A stretch of DNA of 64,000 nucleotides, from contig JASCQW010000099.1 in the NCBI GenBank assembly GCA_030264375.1, positions 67,100,792 through 67,164,791 on the forward strand, read 5' to 3'. The number at the start of each line of letters is the position of its first letter. Positions within the stretch are counted from its first letter, which is position 1. Below the pieces are notes generated by a model. The model saw only the letters and a program-made list of their open reading frames with translations, had not been told where the DNA came from and did no database searches. Source of the DNA: Carcharhinus longimanus. Taxonomy: Eukaryota. Below, in pieces: positions 61,233-64,000 of this stretch. Position numbers and translations under genes: made by a program.

Positions 61233-62029
61233 TAATGAAACCGATGCTTTACCTCAGAGGTATTAGAGCAAGTTGGAATGCTTTTAACTAATTTTTAAAA
61301 ATATTTTCTTTCATTGCCGTTTGACACGAAGCAAAATCACTCACATTGGTTTTTATTCTCTGAATTCAATTGGATTTGTGCAGGATATGTCAAAAGATAT
61401 GAAGTTCTTGGATTTATTGTCCAATTAACAGTAGAAATAAAACAGTAGAAATGTGAGTTTTGCTGTATCATTGCTACAGTCAACTAAATCACTTTGAGAA
61501 GTATTTCATTATCAAAAGAAAAACTTTTCTCTAAATAAATGGTCAATTCCTCAAATAATGTCCTTATTGCTGAACTTTAAAAATCCATCAGCCAACCTGA
61601 AAGATTATCTCTCAGTCTATATGGAATTTCTTGATTGATAATCCATTGAAGCAAAGTTCCATGTTGCATACTTGGCAAAGCTCTGGATATATTAGGTCCA
61701 TAAATTTTCTGGTATGTGAAAATACATCATCCTTAAAAAACCTATTTGGTACTTTTTTCAGGAGATTGCACTTATGTTTGTAAGAAAAATGAATAAAAGA
61801 GCCATTTCTTTCAGGCGTTAAATTGAAACAAGTAAAAGAGGGCATGTAGCTTGGAAGAGCACCAAATAAACCTCAGTGAAGGGGTTGTGAAACAAATCTT
61901 TCATTCTCATGGTTTGTTCAATTAAAAACAAAATTTTGTACCCTCAAGAAGAGGTTCAGTTCTGTGGGAACACAATTTTAAGCATAACCATTGAGCACCC
62001 AGTGTGTTGTTTTATTCAGTACAACAAAA

Positions 62030-62505
62030 GTCACAAAGTTGGGACGTCTTGTTGAAATTGTATAAGACATTGGTAATGCCACACTTGGAATACTGTGTAC
62101 AGTTCTGGTCACCCTAGTATAGGAAGGATATTATTAAACTAGAAAGAGTGCAGAAAAGATTTACTAGCATGCTACCAGAACTTGATGGTTTGACTTATAA
62201 GGAGAAGCTGGATAGATTGGGACTTTTTTTTCTGGAGCGTAGGAGGCTTAGGGGTGATCTTATAAACGTCTATAAAATAATGAGGGGTGTAGATCAGCTA
62301 GATAGTCAATATCTTTTCCCAAAGGTGGGGTGTCTAAAACTAGGGGGCATACGTTTAAGGTGAGAGGGGAGAGATACAAATGGTCCTGATGGGCAATTTT
62401 TTCACACAGAGGGTGGTGAGTGTCTGGAGCAAGCTGCCAGAGATAGTAATAGAGGCGGGTAAAATTTTCTCTTTTAAAAAGGGTTTAGACAGTTACATGA
62501 ATAAT
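62030..62505 (+). mobile_element. CR1 3' fragment
   Basis: [11 protein letters not shown]...VQKRFTSMLP...LERRRLRGDLI. Confidence 0.88.
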
Positions 62506-62774
62506 GTGTTTTTACTGATGTTGATTGAGGGATAAATATTGTTACTGGAAATAATTCTCCGTTCATCAAATTTAAAGACCATCAGATTAATCTTGGATTC
62601 CCATACCTGCTTGATTCGCAGTCTCACTCTCCTGTGCCTGGCGATTGATCAACTCTGAAGTTTTACTTGGCCTAAGAGGTGTGGTTCCCTTCTGGAACAA
62701 AGCTTTCCCTTTCATGATGCTCCACAGTGTCTCCAACTCAGTAGGTCTGAGCTGTAATTGCTTGAGTTGCAGAC

Positions 62775-63640
62775 ACTTAACAAAGATTCAATGATAGTGC
62801 CATTGAATGCCAAGGAGAAATGTTTGGATTCCTATTGTTGAAGATTATCAGTATCTAGCACTTCAGTGATGTAAATATTGCTTGCCACTTACAGTCCAAG
62901 CCTAAATGTTGTCCAGATCTTGCTGCATGAAGATTGTACTGCTTCAGTAACAGGAATTGCAAATGGTACTGAGCACTGACTTTGGACCTTATGATGGTGA
63001 GAAGATCATCGATGAGGCAACTGAAGATGGTTGGCCTGAGGAACCTTTGCAGAAATGTAGACCTGAGCTGACAACAAAAGCTACCTACTAGTCCTAGTCC
63101 AATCACTGTAGAATTTTTGCCTTGATTTCCATTGACTTTAATTTTCTAGGGTTCCTCGTTGCCATGCTTGGCCAAATGCTGCCTTCATGTCCAATACAGT
63201 TACTCTCACTTCACCTCTAGAATTCTGCTCTTTTGTCCAGGTTTTCACCAAGTCTCAATTGTAATGATTGAATGAGGGATATAATAAATCATGAGGTTAC
63301 AGATTGTTGTCAAATACCGTTCTATTGCAGTTGATGGCCTGTGAAACCTCATGAATGCCCAGTTTTGAACTGGTGGGTATGCTCTGAATCTACCCCATTT
63401 AGCATGCTGNNNNNNNNNNNNNNNNNNNNNNNNNNNNNNNNNNNNNNNNNNNNNNNNNNNNNNNNNNNNNNNNNNNNNNNNNNNNNNNNNNNNNNNNNNN
63501 NNNNNNNNNCTTCACAACATAATGGAAGGTGTCTTCAGTGTGAACACGGGACTTTGTGTCCACAAAAGCCATTTGGTGGACTGTCCAACCAGTACTATTA
63601 TGAACAGATGTATCTGTAACAGATTTATGAATTGAGAAAT
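62775..63640 (-). mobile_element. Degraded CR1/L2-group LINE fragments
   Basis: Collinear with 53910-54440. Confidence 0.65.
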
Positions 63641-64000
63641 TTTCCCTCTTTTGTTTTCTCCCACCTGTCATAAAATGGTAGGATCCAATTAAAACTATTT
63701 TTTTGGCACAAATAAAATCAAACTGCCATATATTTTGTAAAGCATATCTGGGCAGAAGCTAAAAGAAAGGGAAGAATAGGAAAGAGGGAGTTATTTGCAA
63801 TTGATATAATTAATAGAGTACTGTGAGCCAGGAAGCACTTTAGACACAGATGAAAGTTGAAGAAGCTAGAGATGAAGTGCTAAAGACAGGTTGTGCAAAA
63901 GATTGTTTTCTTAGATGAACTAAAGACCATACATAAGTCCTGGTCACTTAAGCTGTACAGTATGTTAATCACTGGCTAGGAAATGGGGGTCTCAGCAGAA

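Noticed and set aside
46326-64000. Canonical CLIP4 last exon (third CAP-Gly) or ALK 3' exons
   Set aside because: No GKNDG-like or kinase-tail coding sequence was found by eye or in the ORF track; these probably lie beyond the window.
1-64000. CRISPR array, operon, prophage or other prokaryotic system
   Set aside because: The sequence is spliceosomal-intron-rich vertebrate DNA with no regularly spaced repeat-spacer array or dense coding.

Overview
This is vertebrate genomic DNA from a draft assembly with many placeholder N gaps. The repeat content (HE1/V-SINE-like and DeuSINE-like SINEs, CR1, Rex1/Babar, RTE, Penelope, Gypsy, GGG-ended MITEs) points to a shark or other elasmobranch. Almost all of the window is intronic. 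It carries three phase-compatible + strand coding exons (3830-3953, 25849-25913, 46250-46325) of a CAP-Gly linker gene, best called CLIP4, separated by introns of about 22 kb and 20 kb. The canonical last exon, with the third CAP-Gly domain, was not found in the window. The most interesting observation is a candidate alternative terminal exon at 57262-57295. It splices in frame and would end the protein in a Cys/Trp-rich tail (SMCQVCFCWHW*), which resembles the palmitoylated C-terminus of the paralog CLIP3. Other notable items are Penelope fold-back mini-elements with hammerhead-ribozyme cores, a perfect 22-bp hairpin, an RTE element with an apparently intact structured 5' leader, a SINE tail swap, and several nested insertions with readable target-site duplications (TSDs). 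No prokaryotic system, CRISPR array, rRNA or true tRNA gene is supported. Repeat boundaries were estimated by eye, and comparisons with human proteins and repeat consensus sequences are from memory, not from a search.
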